Positions 1 through 14,304 of a stretch of DNA of 64,000 bases are shown in pieces; position 1 is the stretch's first letter; each line of letters starts with the position of its first letter. The DNA is from Lama glama (Eukaryota). The notes under the pieces are model-generated. The model was not told where the DNA came from, made no database searches, and saw only the letters and a program-made list of their open reading frames with translations. Made by a program: the position numbers and the translations under genes. Location: assembly GCA_028534125.1 (NCBI GenBank), contig CM052823.1, forward strand, positions 18,724,001-18,788,000, written 5' to 3'.

Positions 1-299
1 ATGATGTTTAGGCTTTGGAATTTCACAAAAGAAAATATAATTAAAGAACTGATAGATATGGAAGCTAAAGGAGATCAAAGAATCATGTAATTAGTTTATC
101 TGAGGTATAGAACATACAGAAATGGAAATATAGTCAAACACGAAACAAAAATCTCCACAAATAAAGGAAGACAAGGATTTCCAGGGTGAGGGGGTAAGAG
201 ATCAACCCCGCAGACACAGAAAGAGAAAGGGCAGTTTGACTTAAAATGTGATCTAGTCTCAGAGCTTTCTCATTGCCTTAACAGAGTTCTGAGACAACA

Positions 300-1410
300 A
301 ATATATGTATGATGCAATAATTCTGTGCCTAGTAAAGAGATTGGTTTTGTATAAACGCCGTGAATGGTATTCTCAAGCGTGCAGGGACTCATGAATCCTC
401 CCTGGATTACAAAAAACAAAAAACAAAAAACAACCAAAAAAAGAGAAACTTCCTTGCTAAAATTCAGACTCTGAAGAGATACATCAACTAAAGAAAAAGG
501 GAAGCTATGTCTTTTAAGAATTGTCAATAAACACAGATTCAGTTTAAATATGGGCCTTAGCTTGAACAACTGTGGGATTACAATAACAAACTGAATGTAA
601 AAAAAAAATAAAACCTTGACAATGTAAAATTGAAATATGGTACATAAATATCTGACAAGGTAGGAAAGGAGAGGTGGAAGAAAATATAGGTGGTGAAATC
701 TCCTCATATTCCATAGCTGGAAATAGTATGTAGCATAAATACTGCCTAACATTGAAAAAATCAAGACACAGAACTTTAGTACTTAATATTAAATTGTAAA
801 TATAATCACTAAGAAAATTATCATAGGAAAGAATAAAATCAAAAGCAAAGTAGATAACCAAGAAATTTTAAAAATACATATGGCATATAAATAGTTTTAA
901 GACCCAATTACTTGTTATATGTTGTCTATAATAGAATAAAATTATTTTTTAAAAGGACTTTTAACTTAGATTTAAAACAAACTACAATAAAAACAATCAA
1001 ATAATCCATATTATTAAAATATAAAAATCTTGGAAACAACCTACATGTCAGGTTAAATATATTTCAGCCCAGGCATACCACGGAATACTCTACAGGGATT
1101 AAAAAGAAGACATCTATCATTTATCAATCAATCAATCTATCTACCTATCTATACACACTAATATGTAGATATAGTTAAAATAAAATACCCTGTTATCTGA
1201 AAAGAACAAGTTGCAGGTAACTTATAAGAACATAGAAGTGCTTAATTAATAAAAAAGCTTCTAAATGTATAGAAAATTCTAGAAGGATGCTCAAGAGGCA
1301 ATTTATATTACTTATAGCTTGAATAATGGAATCCATTTTATATCTTTCTGTTTGAATTTTAATATTAGCATATATTACTTTTGAAATTAACTTTAAAAAA
1401 TAAAAAAAAA
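300..1410 (+). mobile_element. Old L1ME/HAL1-type fragments
   Basis: A-rich; ORF1-end-like attctcaagcgtgcagggactc; 3'UTR-like ggaaacaacctacatgtc..ggaatactctacagggattaaaaag with an A-rich tail. Confidence 0.55.
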
Positions 1411-2004
1411 ATTGCCTTTCCTTTTAAAAAGGATTTTGCTGAGGTTTGTCTTCCATTCGACTATAAAACATAAGGCTAACATTTTATAGTTATTTTTAAA
1501 ACAAGGACTAAAAATGGTAAAATACATCATAAGTTAATTTTCTATTTAAGCTAGCTAAATTCATGGAATTTTGGAGGGAAAATAGCATATTCATCTTTTT
1601 AATGTACTCTCCTACCAACAAGGACAGTCACAATTTATAAAGTTAAATCATATAAAGATGTAGGATGTTTCTGCAATTTTTTTTAAATGAATGCACATCT
1701 TACACAGAAAGGAATTTTCACTGCATATGAGAAACCTAAAGGCCCAAAGGAAAATACACTATCAATGAAAACTACTGAGGGGATCACAGGTGATTTTTTT
1801 TCTTTAAACTCTCTAGATTAAAAATTCTACAATTAACATGTATCACCTTTGAAATAGGAAGAATAAAATTATAAGAAGGAGGCATAAACCAAATTTTGGT
1901 ATAGGAATGTAATTTTAAAAATATACACTTCTCCACTACAGAGCTGTTTTCAACCTCCTTTTTGGCTTTCCTTCCCCTCCTCCCTTTCTTAAAGCCTTCT
2001 AACT

Positions 2005-2600
2005 GCAAACATTTGTTGAATCCCCAGCAAGAATGAGTTTTCCGTATAGGAGTTTATATTTCAGTGGTGGAGAGACACAACTACTACAGTTTAGTGTGTG
2101 CTATAATAGAATATTGAGGAACACAGAAAAGAACTTGGATTAATTAAATAAATAGATCTGGGAAGCTTAGAGATAATATGGTGAAAGATATTTGAGGTGA
2201 ATCTTGAAGAAGGAGCATAATTTTGCCAGCCATTTAAAGAAAGGGAGCTAGAGATTCAGAGCTCAAGACATTACTTAGCGTGAGTTAAAGTTACGCAGTC
2301 AGCCATGTAGTTTGGCCAAAGGACGTGCTCTGTTGTCTGGTGGGTGTGAAGGTGATAGTCTGCCCATGCAGACTGGGATCTATTTGTGAACAGACTTTAA
2401 TGCCTCTCCAAAAAGGCTGAACTGTATCTGACTAAGCGATCTGGTGTCGGTGGGGTTAATGGATGATGAGGGAGAGGATGAGGGATTTATTGCTATTGCA
2501 GTGATAAGGGGTGGGGAGTCATGAGATTTGTACGTATTGCAGAAGAAACTTGAGTTTTTAAAAGTGTCTTTAAGAGTGCTGTAGTAGGCACTGAGAAGCT
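2005..2600 (-). mobile_element. L2 fragment
   Basis: aacatttgttgaat..ggagtttatatttcagtgg..tgaggtgaatcttgaag, antisense L2 3' pattern. Confidence 0.6.
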
Positions 2601-2635
2601 ACCACAAGTTTAAAATCAGAAAGACATGTTAAAGT

Positions 2636-2753
2636 GAGTGGACCGGGAAGCTAATGAAGCTTAAACTTCTGCAGTCTTCACTTTCAGGCCCTAAAGAGGC
2701 CCCTCCTGGAAAACTGCCTACTTCAGACCCCTCAAAGCTTGACTCTGCCCCTG
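2636..2753. mobile_element. hAT-Tip100 (Zaphod/MER115-like) MITE relic
   Basis: gaagctaatgaagcttaaactt...gactctgcccctg termini. Confidence 0.55.
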
Positions 2754-2937
2754 TTGACTGTATCTGTACCCAGTAGGACATCCTGCATATGATGGACTCA
2801 GAGAATAGTGGTCTTCTATAGAGGAAATTGTTTCTCTAAGTTGTCTTTCTCTACTTTTATTCTAAAGACTGTCTCTGCCTTCTCAGTGAACAGGAAAATC
2901 AGGAGAGTGAACAGGAAAAGTAGTAATATTCTAGCTC

Positions 2938-3748
2938 AATAATGGACACAGATATCGACTTTCTGGAATCGATATTCTCTTCCTTGCTTTTTGCAATAGC
3001 CAGGAGACAGAATGAATGATGTGGGTAACACCTGAGCCTCTGTCTTCTGCTTTTGTTCAAGCTTGGACAGTTCCTTGAGTATTCTGGGCTCTTCACCTCC
3101 TCAGGTCTTTGGTACCAGCTGTTTCTTCAGTTTATGTTTTAAATTACAGTTTATGGTAAATTGTTCTCTTTGCTCCTGTGGGGCCTGTTCTTTCTTATCC
3201 TCAGCATCAACTTCAACATCACTGGACTTCCTCAAAAGGACAGATCTTGTTCTGACCTCTGGTACCATAATTGATAACCACTAAATCTCAATGGCTTAAG
3301 ACAACAAAGGTCAATTTCTCGTTCAGACTTCAGGCCCAAACCAGCTCAGCAGGACAGTTCTGCTCACTCTGTAGTCACTCAGGGGCCTAGACTGATGGAT
3401 GTTCCCTGCTCATAGGGTGTCATTTCCCACTGCTTCTACAACATCCTTGGCAGAACAGGACAGAGAAGGTGCAGAATTGTACTGGCACACCAGCTCTTAA
3501 ATACATCCACATAGAAGTGATGCATGTCCCCTGCTCTGTGACTAATGCAAAAGCACATAGCCAGATACAATAGTAAAGGATTAAAAAGTACAATCAGCTC
3601 TCAAGTTCGAAAGGAGAGGGGAAGCAGAATCTGGTGGGCAGCACTTGTAAGTGTCATTTACCTTATCTAGAATTGGTCCCTTTTCTCTTCTCCATCTCGG
3701 TGAAGCCCAATGAAGAGCAACCCTCTCTACCACCTGAGATTGGAACCA
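2938..3748 (-). pseudogene. Candidate terminal pseudo-exon, apparently split by an MLT1 LTR (3748-3662 and 3265-2938)
   Basis: Acceptor cttttaag then WFQSQVVERVALHW..; beyond the LTR, about 105 codons with one internal TGA (KKQLVPKT*GGEEPRILKELSKLEQKQK). Confidence 0.4.
3266..3660 (-). mobile_element. MaLR LTR (MLT1I/J-like)
   Basis: aaatctcaatggcttaagacaacaaagg..gtagtcactcaggg..agaagtgatgcatgtc pattern. Confidence 0.7.
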
Positions 3749-4579
3749 CTTAAAAGATAAGACAAAGAATTCAAAGGGGATCCTGGAGATCAAAATTTTA
3801 GCTTTGTTACTGAACACTGGGCTGGAGGAAATGGCTTAGATGTGTGGCAACAGACAGCTTCCTAATATTTAATGCCACATTTAGACCTGCACTTTTTGGA
3901 GGGGGCTTTGATGAAAGTTGGTGCCTTGGAGGAAGGAAATGGAAGAGTTATTAGGCATGTGGAGGACCTACTCCTGGACTTACCAATCACAGAAGTCATA
4001 TCACCTTCCTAGAGCAGGAAAGAATCAGATGGTTAGAAGGAATGTTACTCTAATATTGTTCTCACACATGGAGATGCAGGTTATATAAGGGCATCAGGGT
4101 GCATCTCAGTCTTATTTCTGAGTTGTGTACTCAGTTCTTAGCAAAGTACAGGGCACAAAGAAGAGAATTTGATGCCTCTTAATTGAATGAGTGAATAAAT
4201 AAATGAATGAATGAGTGAATAAATGGTTATCTGCTAATCCCTGAGTCAGATTTGCCAAGTATCACAGTGGGACTAAAAATGACATAAAAGGCATTGTGCC
4301 TGGAATTAATAAATCATATATGTCAATTAATAATGTTAAAATAATATTATTTAATATTATAAATAAGATTCTTAGTGTACTATTTATCATAGCAATTTTA
4401 ATTATATAAATCAACATGATATATAAAATTATATTCTTGTATTTTATATTACAAATATACAATTATGTATATAATATACATATTAGAGTACATAATTGTA
4501 TATTTGTAATATTACCCTATTGTCATTTACTCTAACACCTGCACTATTTATAATTGTTTTTATATTAATATAAATTTAC

Positions 4580-4639
<60 letters not shown>
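4580..4639. repeat. (TAT)20 microsatellite within an AT-rich low-complexity tract (about 4310-4660)
   Basis: Read directly. Confidence 0.95.
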
Positions 4640-4641
<2 letters not shown>

Positions 4642-6296
4642 GTAAAGAATATATACTGACCTGAAATCATTTAAGTTCATTTGTAGATCCTCAAAATAGA
4701 CCTTAGGCTGCATTCACTTTTTTCCTGATGAGTTAAGGTGAGTGCATGTCTTCCTGCCTGTTGTCTTAATTCCACTCTAATAGCATCTGCCGTAAGTGAA
4801 AGTTCAAAAACAAGTGGAAAGTAAATTTAAAAGGGAAACCGAAGATAAGTTTTAAAAAAGGAGGAGGCAAGAAAATGATACAGAGATGGTCAAGTTCACA
4901 AAAAACCAGAGAGATGATACTTTATAAAATATGTGGCACATTTATAAGTGATGAGGAACATAGGGAAGCAAAAGCAAGGAGACTTAAGCTTAAAATAATT
5001 CCCAACGCAGTAACAGCTAACACACACGCACATACAACATAAAAAAGCACCAATCAGAGACAAAAAAGAATGTCGAAGTCTCAAAGACCGCCTGCTCCAG
5101 CCCCTATACCAGTGTTAGCTGTGCGGAGAGATGTGTGTAACACAACCGCATCTGAGAGCCGGGGTTCTCTCTGAGACCAGAAAGCACTGAAGCCATACTA
5201 GGGCTAATTCAATTTACTCAGTAACCAAATTAATATCAATTAAGTGTAGATCAGTTAGTTTCATTAATGAGGAAAAGCTCCTAAAAAAGGTAGAATCATG
5301 AGCTCAATATGGGCCACTGAAATTTTATCTATTGGAGAACACGTGTTATACTCTTAACCCCAGTTACCCCAGTTACACTTGTCATCAATGTATTTGGTAA
5401 TGAAGAGAATGCAGTGGAGGTGGCAGGGGGTGGGAAGTATATAGGGTAGACTTTATTTGGAAAGGAGAATAGGCATAGTGTATATAATCCATCACCAAGA
5501 AAATAATTCAAAACGCTTGTGTTGTGAAGGTAAGTCAGTAGCATCATCTTTATAAAGGGCAAGATATTCTTATTTGCACATATCAGTAGGCTACTCAACC
5601 CTGTAGCGTTGGTAAACACTAATGTAAATTGTGTGAGGTAAAGTGGATGGATATTTTTGGGTGATTTGCGTATACTTTTAGCAAGAAAGGTTTTGGTGCT
5701 GTCCAACTAAATATGTCAGGGCTTGGAAGTGACTCTGCAACATGATTGATGTGTTTGAAAATTGATGGGTTGGAGATGATTATGGGAAAGGTATACTGTT
5801 TCTAAAGTTTTGAAGGGGGGTCTGGATTAAACATGAAGTACTAAGAACTTCAAACAGATGATGGATCAAGACTATATATTGATAAATATTTTCAAACTGT
5901 AGGAAAACATTAGATCATAGAAAACTTGAATTTTAATGAGGACATACTTGGCCAATCCTGAACTCAGAAGAGACTTATTAATGTACGCTTAAATGTGTTC
6001 AGAGGAAATCACAGACCAATAATACACATGCTGTGTATATAAATGTGCATGCAAATACATAGCTATGTAACTAAATGTGTGTGTATGTGTGTATGTGTGT
6101 ACTTAGATCAAATTGAATATCAATGGACAAGAGTCAAAGTAAATTATCTGTACTTAAAGAGCAGTATATGTATTATATTTTCATTTATTCTTTTATTAAA
6201 AGAATATTTGCTGAGGCTAATACTTTCTTGTTTAAAGGCTGTTCTAATGACCTGTGAGATTCTGTCCAGCTCAGCAGTTTTTATAGAAATACAAGC

Positions 6297-6505
6297 ATTG
6301 AGAACTCACCATGTACAAGGTCCTTGACATTTATTTTAAATTATTTGATTTCCTACAATAACTCTATGAACTCTGAACTATCCTCTCTATTTTAGAAATG
6401 AGGAAATTGAAGCTGGAAGAGAATAAGTAATGCGCCTAAGTCCTCATGATTAGAGGAAGGACTAAATTTCAATTCTAAAGCCCATCTTTTAATTCTATAC
6501 TGCCT
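6297..6505 (-). mobile_element. MIR
   Basis: ttttagaaatgaggaaattgaagct core. Confidence 0.7.
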
Positions 6506-8524
6506 CTTTTTGTACTTTTTATCAAAACTGGTAGCATGTAAAAATATATCCATGGGTTTAGGTTGTAAAAATTTCAAAATTTAAAAAACACTTATTTTTT
6601 TTTTAAAAAAAGCCATAAACAAAACAATTTTTGTAGACAATAAAGCAGATGAACTTAAATAAATAAGCAATTAGACTTGACAATAAAAAGCTAAAGAGAA
6701 ATAAAAGTTTGACTTCACAATTTAAGTTAGTATCACAAAGGCTAATAGCCGCCTTTCTGTCTTAGCCAAAATATGAACTCAGTATGATGAATTATGCATT
6801 ATGTGAGCTCAATCTGATTGTGAAATCCTCTGAAGAATTTACTTGAATCCTGTTTTTCCAGTTACAGCTTTTACTTGCTTCAGGGAGAATGTGGTAGAGA
6901 GGGCAGATTCATAGAAAAAGAGCAAGTAAGACAGAGATTTCTTTAACCTACCTCACTAGGGAATATTTGGGAATTTATGGACATACCACATTAAAAAAAA
7001 GAAAGCAAGAAGAATAACAATAGCTAACATTTCTTGAATGCTTATGCATGTCAGGCTCTCTTTGAAGAGCTTTACGTATGTTATCTTGCTTAATCCTCAC
7101 AAAACAAAGGCAAGAATAGACCTGATTAGAAGCCTTGGCATTATGGCACTACTTTTTCTGGTTGAGATGCACTCTGCTTAATAAAAGAAGTGAATATATC
7201 AATCATATATATGAGCTGTCAATCATGTGCTATGTAGAAAGAATCATTACAGAGTTACCTTAAATACCAAGCTTTTCTAATACATTTTAACTGTGATTGG
7301 ATTTATAAAACATTGATTTAGGTAGGAAATTTCAAAACTATTTTTAAATTAAAAAATACACACCGTGTTCTTCTCGTATGTGTCTGTCAACCCCGCTAAA
7401 CCTAAAAATGGCTGGCTTAGAAACTTGGAGCAATAAGGTTAGCTAGAAAGAGGATTCCTCTTTTATTTTCGTTTTTGTTATTAAAGTCATTTATTAGATC
7501 TGTACTAAGTGAATGGCTTAGAGTTCTTCTCCCACAAGACTCATTTTCACTTCCCTTGATCCCACTGTATTTTTCTGTGGCCATGGACCATGTCAGCACA
7601 AGCAGTTGAAAAGGATAATATATAGTCTGTTTCTGGTTGCCTGTTCAAGGTTAGAATCATGGAACGCTTAAGTTGGAAGAAACACCCTGTATATCATGTA
7701 GTACTTTACCTTTCCTCTGTTTCTGTATGGATGAGGAAAAAACAAACAACTAAAGACTGCTAAAGAGACATGACTTTTGTGATCAATAAATATTTATTCA
7801 TTTTTTTCCGCACTGGATTACCCACATGTCTTAGTACTGTTTAGTTTTGGCTAGTTTCTCAGATCATGCAAGTGAGTAGGTAAGTATTTTGGTAGACTGA
7901 ATTCTTGGCTACATGTCAGTGAAATTTGTAATTTGATCCCTCTTCAGCCTATCTCTTATTGATAATGTAGTAATTTTTTCCGAAAAAACAATTTGACCAT
8001 CATAGTTCACAATCTGAATATCAGAGTCTATTATCTGGCATCTAGCTTCATATGCACTCTTGGCCTTGATCCTTTTGCCCAATAACTCACTGAGAACAAA
8101 GTAATGAAGTATTGCAGATCACACCCTATAAGATTTAATGGCTTAATTACAGTCATGTTGCTTATAACTTGTCTTTAATAATTCTCAAGATGGCATTGGG
8201 TCATCTCATCAAGACACCAGTGAGAGTGAAGATTGTCTGACTGACAGTGTGTATTGTCAGGACACAACCGGAGCAATTTGTTCCAATAGGTACTTAATGT
8301 TTACTCACCCCATGCTGAATACAATGCTAGGTCATGTGGGAAACCCAAAGAGGTAGACGATGTGGTCTTTGAGGAGCTTCTGCGGTACTAAAGAGTTTCT
8401 GTGGCACCGTGAGTCAGGGCGAGGTGTTGGCATGGGTAAATCAGAACAGAAATCCAGCAGCAAGATGAGGTGGATGGAAATGAAAGTGCTTATCTGAGGA
8501 GAGAAGGTAAACTAGTTCCAAGAG

Positions 8525-8820
8525 AATAATAACAACTTGTGTACTGAGTTCTTATTTTGTGCCAGACACTGTCCTAAGCATTTTACTTGTATCAGTATAG
8601 TAATATACATTATAATATAATCTAATAATTTATATTAATCTAATTTATAACAATCGAATGAGGTAGACGTTGCTATGGTTCTCATTTCAAAGATGGGGAA
8701 AGCTAGGCAGAGATGGGTTAGTTTACTTGCTGAAGACCAGGTGCCTGTAAATGGAAGGAATCAGATTTCAAATTCAGGCAGTATGGCTCCACAAGTCACG
8801 TGTTAAATCACTAAACCACA
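8525..8820 (-). mobile_element. MIR
   Basis: gtgccagacactgtcctaagcattttac..agatggggaaagctaggcagag core. Confidence 0.75.
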
Positions 8821-9709
8821 GTGACTCGAATAGCTGTTTGTTCCATGACAAACATAATTAATTAATTGGCCCATAGTCAAAAATGTCTTAAAGAAACCTC
8901 AGGAGTGCATCTTGTTCCCTAAATGACAGTAGAGATTACAATCACATTGACATTTATGGAGTTTTATAGATGGTTTAAGAGCTCTAGTCACCTCAGTGTT
9001 GGAAAATATGGGAAAACAGGTACCAGAGGAGATCATTATCCTGTTTATCTTTTAAAAGTATCCTTAATATTTTGTTTTAATATACTTTTATATTTTAGTA
9101 ATGTATATTTAATAAAATATAATTCGTATATATTTAATGGTACATTTAAAGAATATTTTTAACAAAGTCATTACACAAAAGAATCACTTATGCTCTAGCC
9201 AAGAAGATTACCTAGCCAGAGCATCACACTCTCATTTAGACTTCATAGAAAAGGTGAAATTTCAGTGACCTTTGAAGAAGAGTAAGTATATAGAGTAGAC
9301 TTGGAGGAAAACAGTATATTAGATGAATGGCAGAATGCAGGGTAGGAGGTCAAATGTGGCAATGTCAGCTTTATAGCAGCTTCTCAATGAGACCACGGTC
9401 AGACTGCCATCCAAGCATTCACTCATTTTCTTTCCTGATAGCTTTATGCTTGTGACGATTCAGAGAAGCTTAAGCTGATCTTTTAGGTAGATAACCAAAC
9501 TTCCAGCACCTCATTTTAGATCCTCTCCAAGGAATTTGAAAGAAACCACTATAATGAAATCTATTCGTCTCTTACAAAGATGGTAGTCACCTTAGTTAGA
9601 CTTTATATCCAACAACATCAGAGGCTACTGAGTGTTGAGATAATCACCCAAGATAAACAATTGCTGTCCAATTCATTCAGAAAGAATAAGCTTTTTGAAC
9701 AAAGTTGCC

Positions 9710-12380
9710 TGGTTTATATTCCAAAATCGTGAGTCAGCGAAAAGTTTTGAGGATATTAGGGGGAGTCTCAGTTAAGTTCCAAATGTTTTTTCCACCAAAC
9801 GCATCAGAATTCTCAGTCTGTAAACATGTATCTCGCCATGCTTTGTGTACTGGTCCCAACACAATATGCAGGACCCCTTTCTCTCTTGATTATATCAAAA
9901 TTTCTAAGCCATATAATTCAGGTATACTTTAATGATAATGTAATAACTCAGGCCAAAATCCAAGGTAGGAATTGCTTAATAGTTTCTAATAAATGTTTCC
10001 CAATGCCTTTTGTCTTTTACTAATAAAATGATTATCTTAATCTCATATAGGCATGCCAACACAACATGTCCTTTCTCATCAGGGAACTCCAGATGGTGTA
10101 ATAAGTTGTTGGATTTGACCTATAATTTTTTGTGGCCATGCTGCCAAAGCTCTGGCACAATTATCAGATTTAGTCACAAGAACCTTTTCAAACAGGCTGA
10201 TTGTGAGTTCATGCTGTCCTCTGACAAACAGACATATTACTAATGCCACGAGGAGAAAAGTCTTGGAAGCTCAATCTAGCGGAGGTTATAAGGTTGACCA
10301 TTTGGGCTGAATTGGACAGTCACTGAAACAACTGCTCAACCCATTAAAATTATAAGTAAATAAATACATTAAGCCATAATTTTAATTAATCAACTGTGGT
10401 TCAGAAATGGGTTGAGAAATAGCATGGCACTGTGAGGCCAAATAGCATAGGAGAAACTTGACTGGATGCAACAGAGAGGATCCTGGTTCTGACAAGTTCT
10501 AAGTCCCAGTTTCCTTATCTGTTACATATTGAAATTATTACTAAATGACGTGATTAGGAAACTTCATTGGAGAAACTTACAGATATGGTCAAGAGTTACT
10601 TTTCTGAAGCTGTTTTAACTTTTTTGAACAGTAGCTAAGTTGGTCAAGACCTTTAAGACTTAGCAGTTTTTCCCTCAGTTTCCTCCTATTCTACCCACTA
10701 TGCAAAGAAACTATAAGCTATTGGAAAGAATCACACTTTGGTTATCATTATATAGATCCCACAGTATTGCATAGTAAATAGTTTTCAATAAATTCAGTTG
10801 AATGGAACTATTTTTTATCCACACTTGAAGATCAAAGGGCAAATGTCTTTGGGAGTCTTAAAATTCTGTATTACTTCAAATCCAAATCAAGTTTCTTTGG
10901 ATCCTACTAAATGAGCTGCCTGCTTAATTCATAAATTTTCCCACTGAAATAGCATCTTTCCTACTGCTGTTTATGGAGAACCCTTTTGTCTCTCCAAGAC
11001 TGCCTGGTATCTCACCCATTAGGGAGGTGGTCAGAGTTCAGCTCAAGTTCAAAAGCTCTTCTCTGTCTAAGGTAGATGCAAGAACTATGTACTTACTACA
11101 TTTTATCACCAACATTAATCTCGTATCGTGTCATTAGAAAGTAACTTCTTTCTGTGTATGACTTCAAAATGGAACACAGGTAAGGACATTTATTTCTTTT
11201 TGCAGGAGCTCATAGGACTATTTTGGCAATTCGATGGGGTTATGCATAAAAGTCTCCCAGGACCATGCTTGACCCAGGCTGGGTGTTAAATCAATGTTAA
11301 TTCTCTGTTTTTCTTAACCACCAGGAAATACATACAAAAGCCAGCTTTCGCTTAAAAATATCTTCTTTGTCGAAAGTTGTCATTCCTTAGTTTTTGCTTA
11401 TTGGGCTTCTTCTGTATTGAGGAAACAGCTCCAGTTTACTGAAGGGGTAAATCTGTTACCTTTGATTTTCTGTGGCTAATTAGTCTCTTGGACCCCTTTG
11501 GTTAATACTGGGAATGCCAGATAGTGGAGGTCGTTTTGAACTCGTTCTTCCTTCATCAGTCTGACAGTTGAAATTCCAAAGGCTATTTGTCACTTTGTAG
11601 TGTCATCACCAGTCCACAATGTTAGCCAACTATGAGACTCCGCCTCAGAAATGACTGCAGATCAGCTGTTAGTGAAGGACCCTGGTAGGAGGGCCTTTCA
11701 GCTACATGCCGAATTTCTCAGGAACAGAATCCTAATTTGTTAAGCTTGTGTTACTACCCAGTCTTGGCCTACATGCCCAAACCATCTTGGGAATGAAACA
11801 GAGATTGAATTCAGTTTATTCCTTTTAAGTGACTGACTAAAATCTTTTTATTAGTTTTCCTTTCCCAGTGTGACTAGTTTTATTTCCTCTTCAAATTATT
11901 GTGTCTAAATAGACAGGGCCTTGGAATGAGATCACCAAGTCAACATTCCGTTATGAATCTTTTTTGACTGCAAGGAATAGAAGAAGCAGAGGATAGGGTA
12001 GGGAGGAAGGAGGTAGGGAATTACATGTGAAAACATCCCAGACGAGAGCAAACACTGGTGACCAATGTCAGGCACATTTCCACCTGCAGCTGCCTGGAAC
12101 TAAGCATGCTCATTATTTGATTAGGGGATACTTGGTCAGGTTCACTTGATTCTTCCAGAATGGCTTGTCTCATGTGCGTTCCCATGGTCAATCTGTCCTT
12201 GGACTTTTTAAAAGGCCTTTCAGAGACATATACTAAAAAGCACTTTTTCCCAGATTTCCTTAGAGGAACATCCATACTAGATTCTTCTTTTAGTGGTATT
12301 AATTTACTGAGTATGGATGGAAATTTCCCTTCTTCTTATTGTCTGTGTTTGTTTTCCTTTTGAGCCAGTCCTCATCTTAA
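9710..12380 (-). pseudogene. Candidate C-terminal pseudo-exons (about 12132-12380, 11345-11700, 10040-10221, 9710-9930)
   Basis: Repeat-free, protein-like minus-strand frames with scattered stops (DEDWLKRKTNTDNKKKG..; SLTADLQSFLRR; LKRFL*LNLIIVPELWQ); homology weak. Confidence 0.4.
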
Positions 12381-12989
12381 ACTTAATGTTGTTATGCAAA
12401 AAGAAGGAAAAATTTACTTGAAGAAGAACCAAAGAGGGTTCAGTTCAAGCCTGTAGTTAAAAGAAACTGCTCATTGTTTCTTTAATGTTCCAGTTTTCTC
12501 TGTGTTTTTACAAATATGCAATTATGTAGAGACATCCTGATTTCTGAGGGTAATTCAATTAACTGATAGAATGACATGTAATAATCATTCAATTAAATAG
12601 GACTTTGCTGCACTTAGTATAAGGACCAGTACATTCTTTTAGATATGTTAGAACCCATGAAGAGGTTGCATTAACCAATAGGCACACTTAGGGAAAGTAT
12701 TATCGCCAGTGGATACACACTTGAACAGTATCACAAGCTTTTTGGATTAATGGCGGAACCCAGAGCTCAGATTCAAAATACCAGCTGTTGAAAGAGAATT
12801 CAAGACGAAATGTTTTATACGTTTGTGTCATGGAAAACAACAATCTGCTGCACCATTTTTTTTTTCAGGTGGACTCTCTCCAAGTTAAGTAGGGCGATGC
12901 CCAAGGAGTGTTCTGTGAATTCTATAATCATGTCCTCTTTGTATCAAAATTCTCATCAGTTGGTCAAAAAAATAGTGTGATAGTTCTAC

Positions 12990-13099
12990 CTAATTAATTT
13001 TTTCCAACAACCAGATAATTGATAAAGAAGATTAACTCCCTCAAAGGTTTGGTTTCCAAGTATTATAAAAATTACCACACCCAAAATCTTATCCTTTGT
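12990..13099 (-). pseudogene. RGS-like pseudogene exon (end of RGS repeat 4)
   Basis: TKDKILGVVIFIILGNQTFEGVNLLYQLSGCWKKL ~ RGSL1 QKDAILAAITEGYLDRSVFHGAIMSVFPVVMYFWKRF; donor AG|gtagaa. Confidence 0.75.
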
Positions 13100-13624
13100 G
13101 GGATTTAGGAAATGTGCCAGAAAGAGCTTCCTAGGAGGGTCTAGTACTATGGCAGAGGAGCCTTGTGAAGTATCTGGATTTCTAGGCAATTTCCAAAAGG
13201 CTGCTTACAGGGACATTCTCATTGACCAAGAGCACTGGCTCAGGCTTGACAGTGAAGACTACAATTACCTGTTTACTCAACCTACATGCTACATTGGTAT
13301 AATGAGGGAGGTTGGGGACCTACACAACCTACTCTTCCATATACATCTTTTCTCATGCATAGATTAGAACAATAGAGAAATCTTCCTCCCTTAAAAGAGC
13401 AATTGGTTTTCTTGGTGTAAACCCAACTTTATACTGAAATCACTCAATTAAAAGTAATTCTACCAGTGAGAAAAGAGAATGTGGCAAGGGAATTAGGAGG
13501 CATCCCTTTCATCTGTGATGTTTTATTTCTTATGCTGAATGATGAATTAATGGATTACATTATGTTATTTTTATACTTTTTGGTACATGTGAAACATCTC
13601 AGCATTAAAAAAGGATCTCCCAGG

Positions 13625-14090
13625 TGAAGGGTAAGAATTTTAGACTTTGGAATCACAGAGACTTAAGTTTAAGCTTGGGTTAGCCTGTATCACAACTGTG
13701 TTTTTTGAAAAAGTTTCTCAACCACAGATCAATTTATTTATCCTTGAAATGAGAATACAGCGGTACCCACTTTATAGGGTTGTTTTCTGGATTAAAGGAT
13801 TTAATGCATTTACAATGCTTACTGCTTGACACACTGCACTCAAGACATAGTATGTATATACTTATGCATGAAGTGCAGGTTATCTCCTATACGTCTGTGT
13901 AGTATAATTAGTCCCTTTAAAATTTATTGGCTGTATCATCCTGGCTAAGTCATTTAAACCTCCAGAAGTCTAATTCTTCATCTTACAAAGTGAAAAGAAT
14001 TAGATTACCTATCCTGTCTTTATTATGAGATCTCTAGGAATATTAAATGCAATAGTGTGTAAAAACACGTTGAAATATTTGAAGTCATCA
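13625..14090 (+). mobile_element. Two tandem MIR copies
   Basis: gactttggaatcacagagact..agggttgttttctggattaaa; ggctaagtcatttaaacctc..atcttacaaagtg. Confidence 0.65.
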
Positions 14091-14304
14091 TACAAAATTA
14101 AAGCATCTTTTAAAAAATTAAAACATTTTTTAAGTTACCATTTATTCATTCATTTAACTTTGTTGTTGTTGAGAATCTGCTGCTGTACTGGACACTCTGC
14201 TACATTCTGTGACTATAGAAATGATTTTTTAAAAATATGTGTTTTCTACCCTCATGCCCTTTTAGGGTCCACAGCATGGTGAAGAGGACCAACAGTAACT
14301 AGGT

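Noticed and set aside
270-861. 164-aa and 105-aa minus-strand ORFs
   Set aside because: Antisense to A-rich L1-like sequence; F/L/I-biased; no protein features.
2885-2919. 14-bp direct repeat agtgaacaggaaaa x2
   Set aside because: Simple local duplication; only two copies, not an array.
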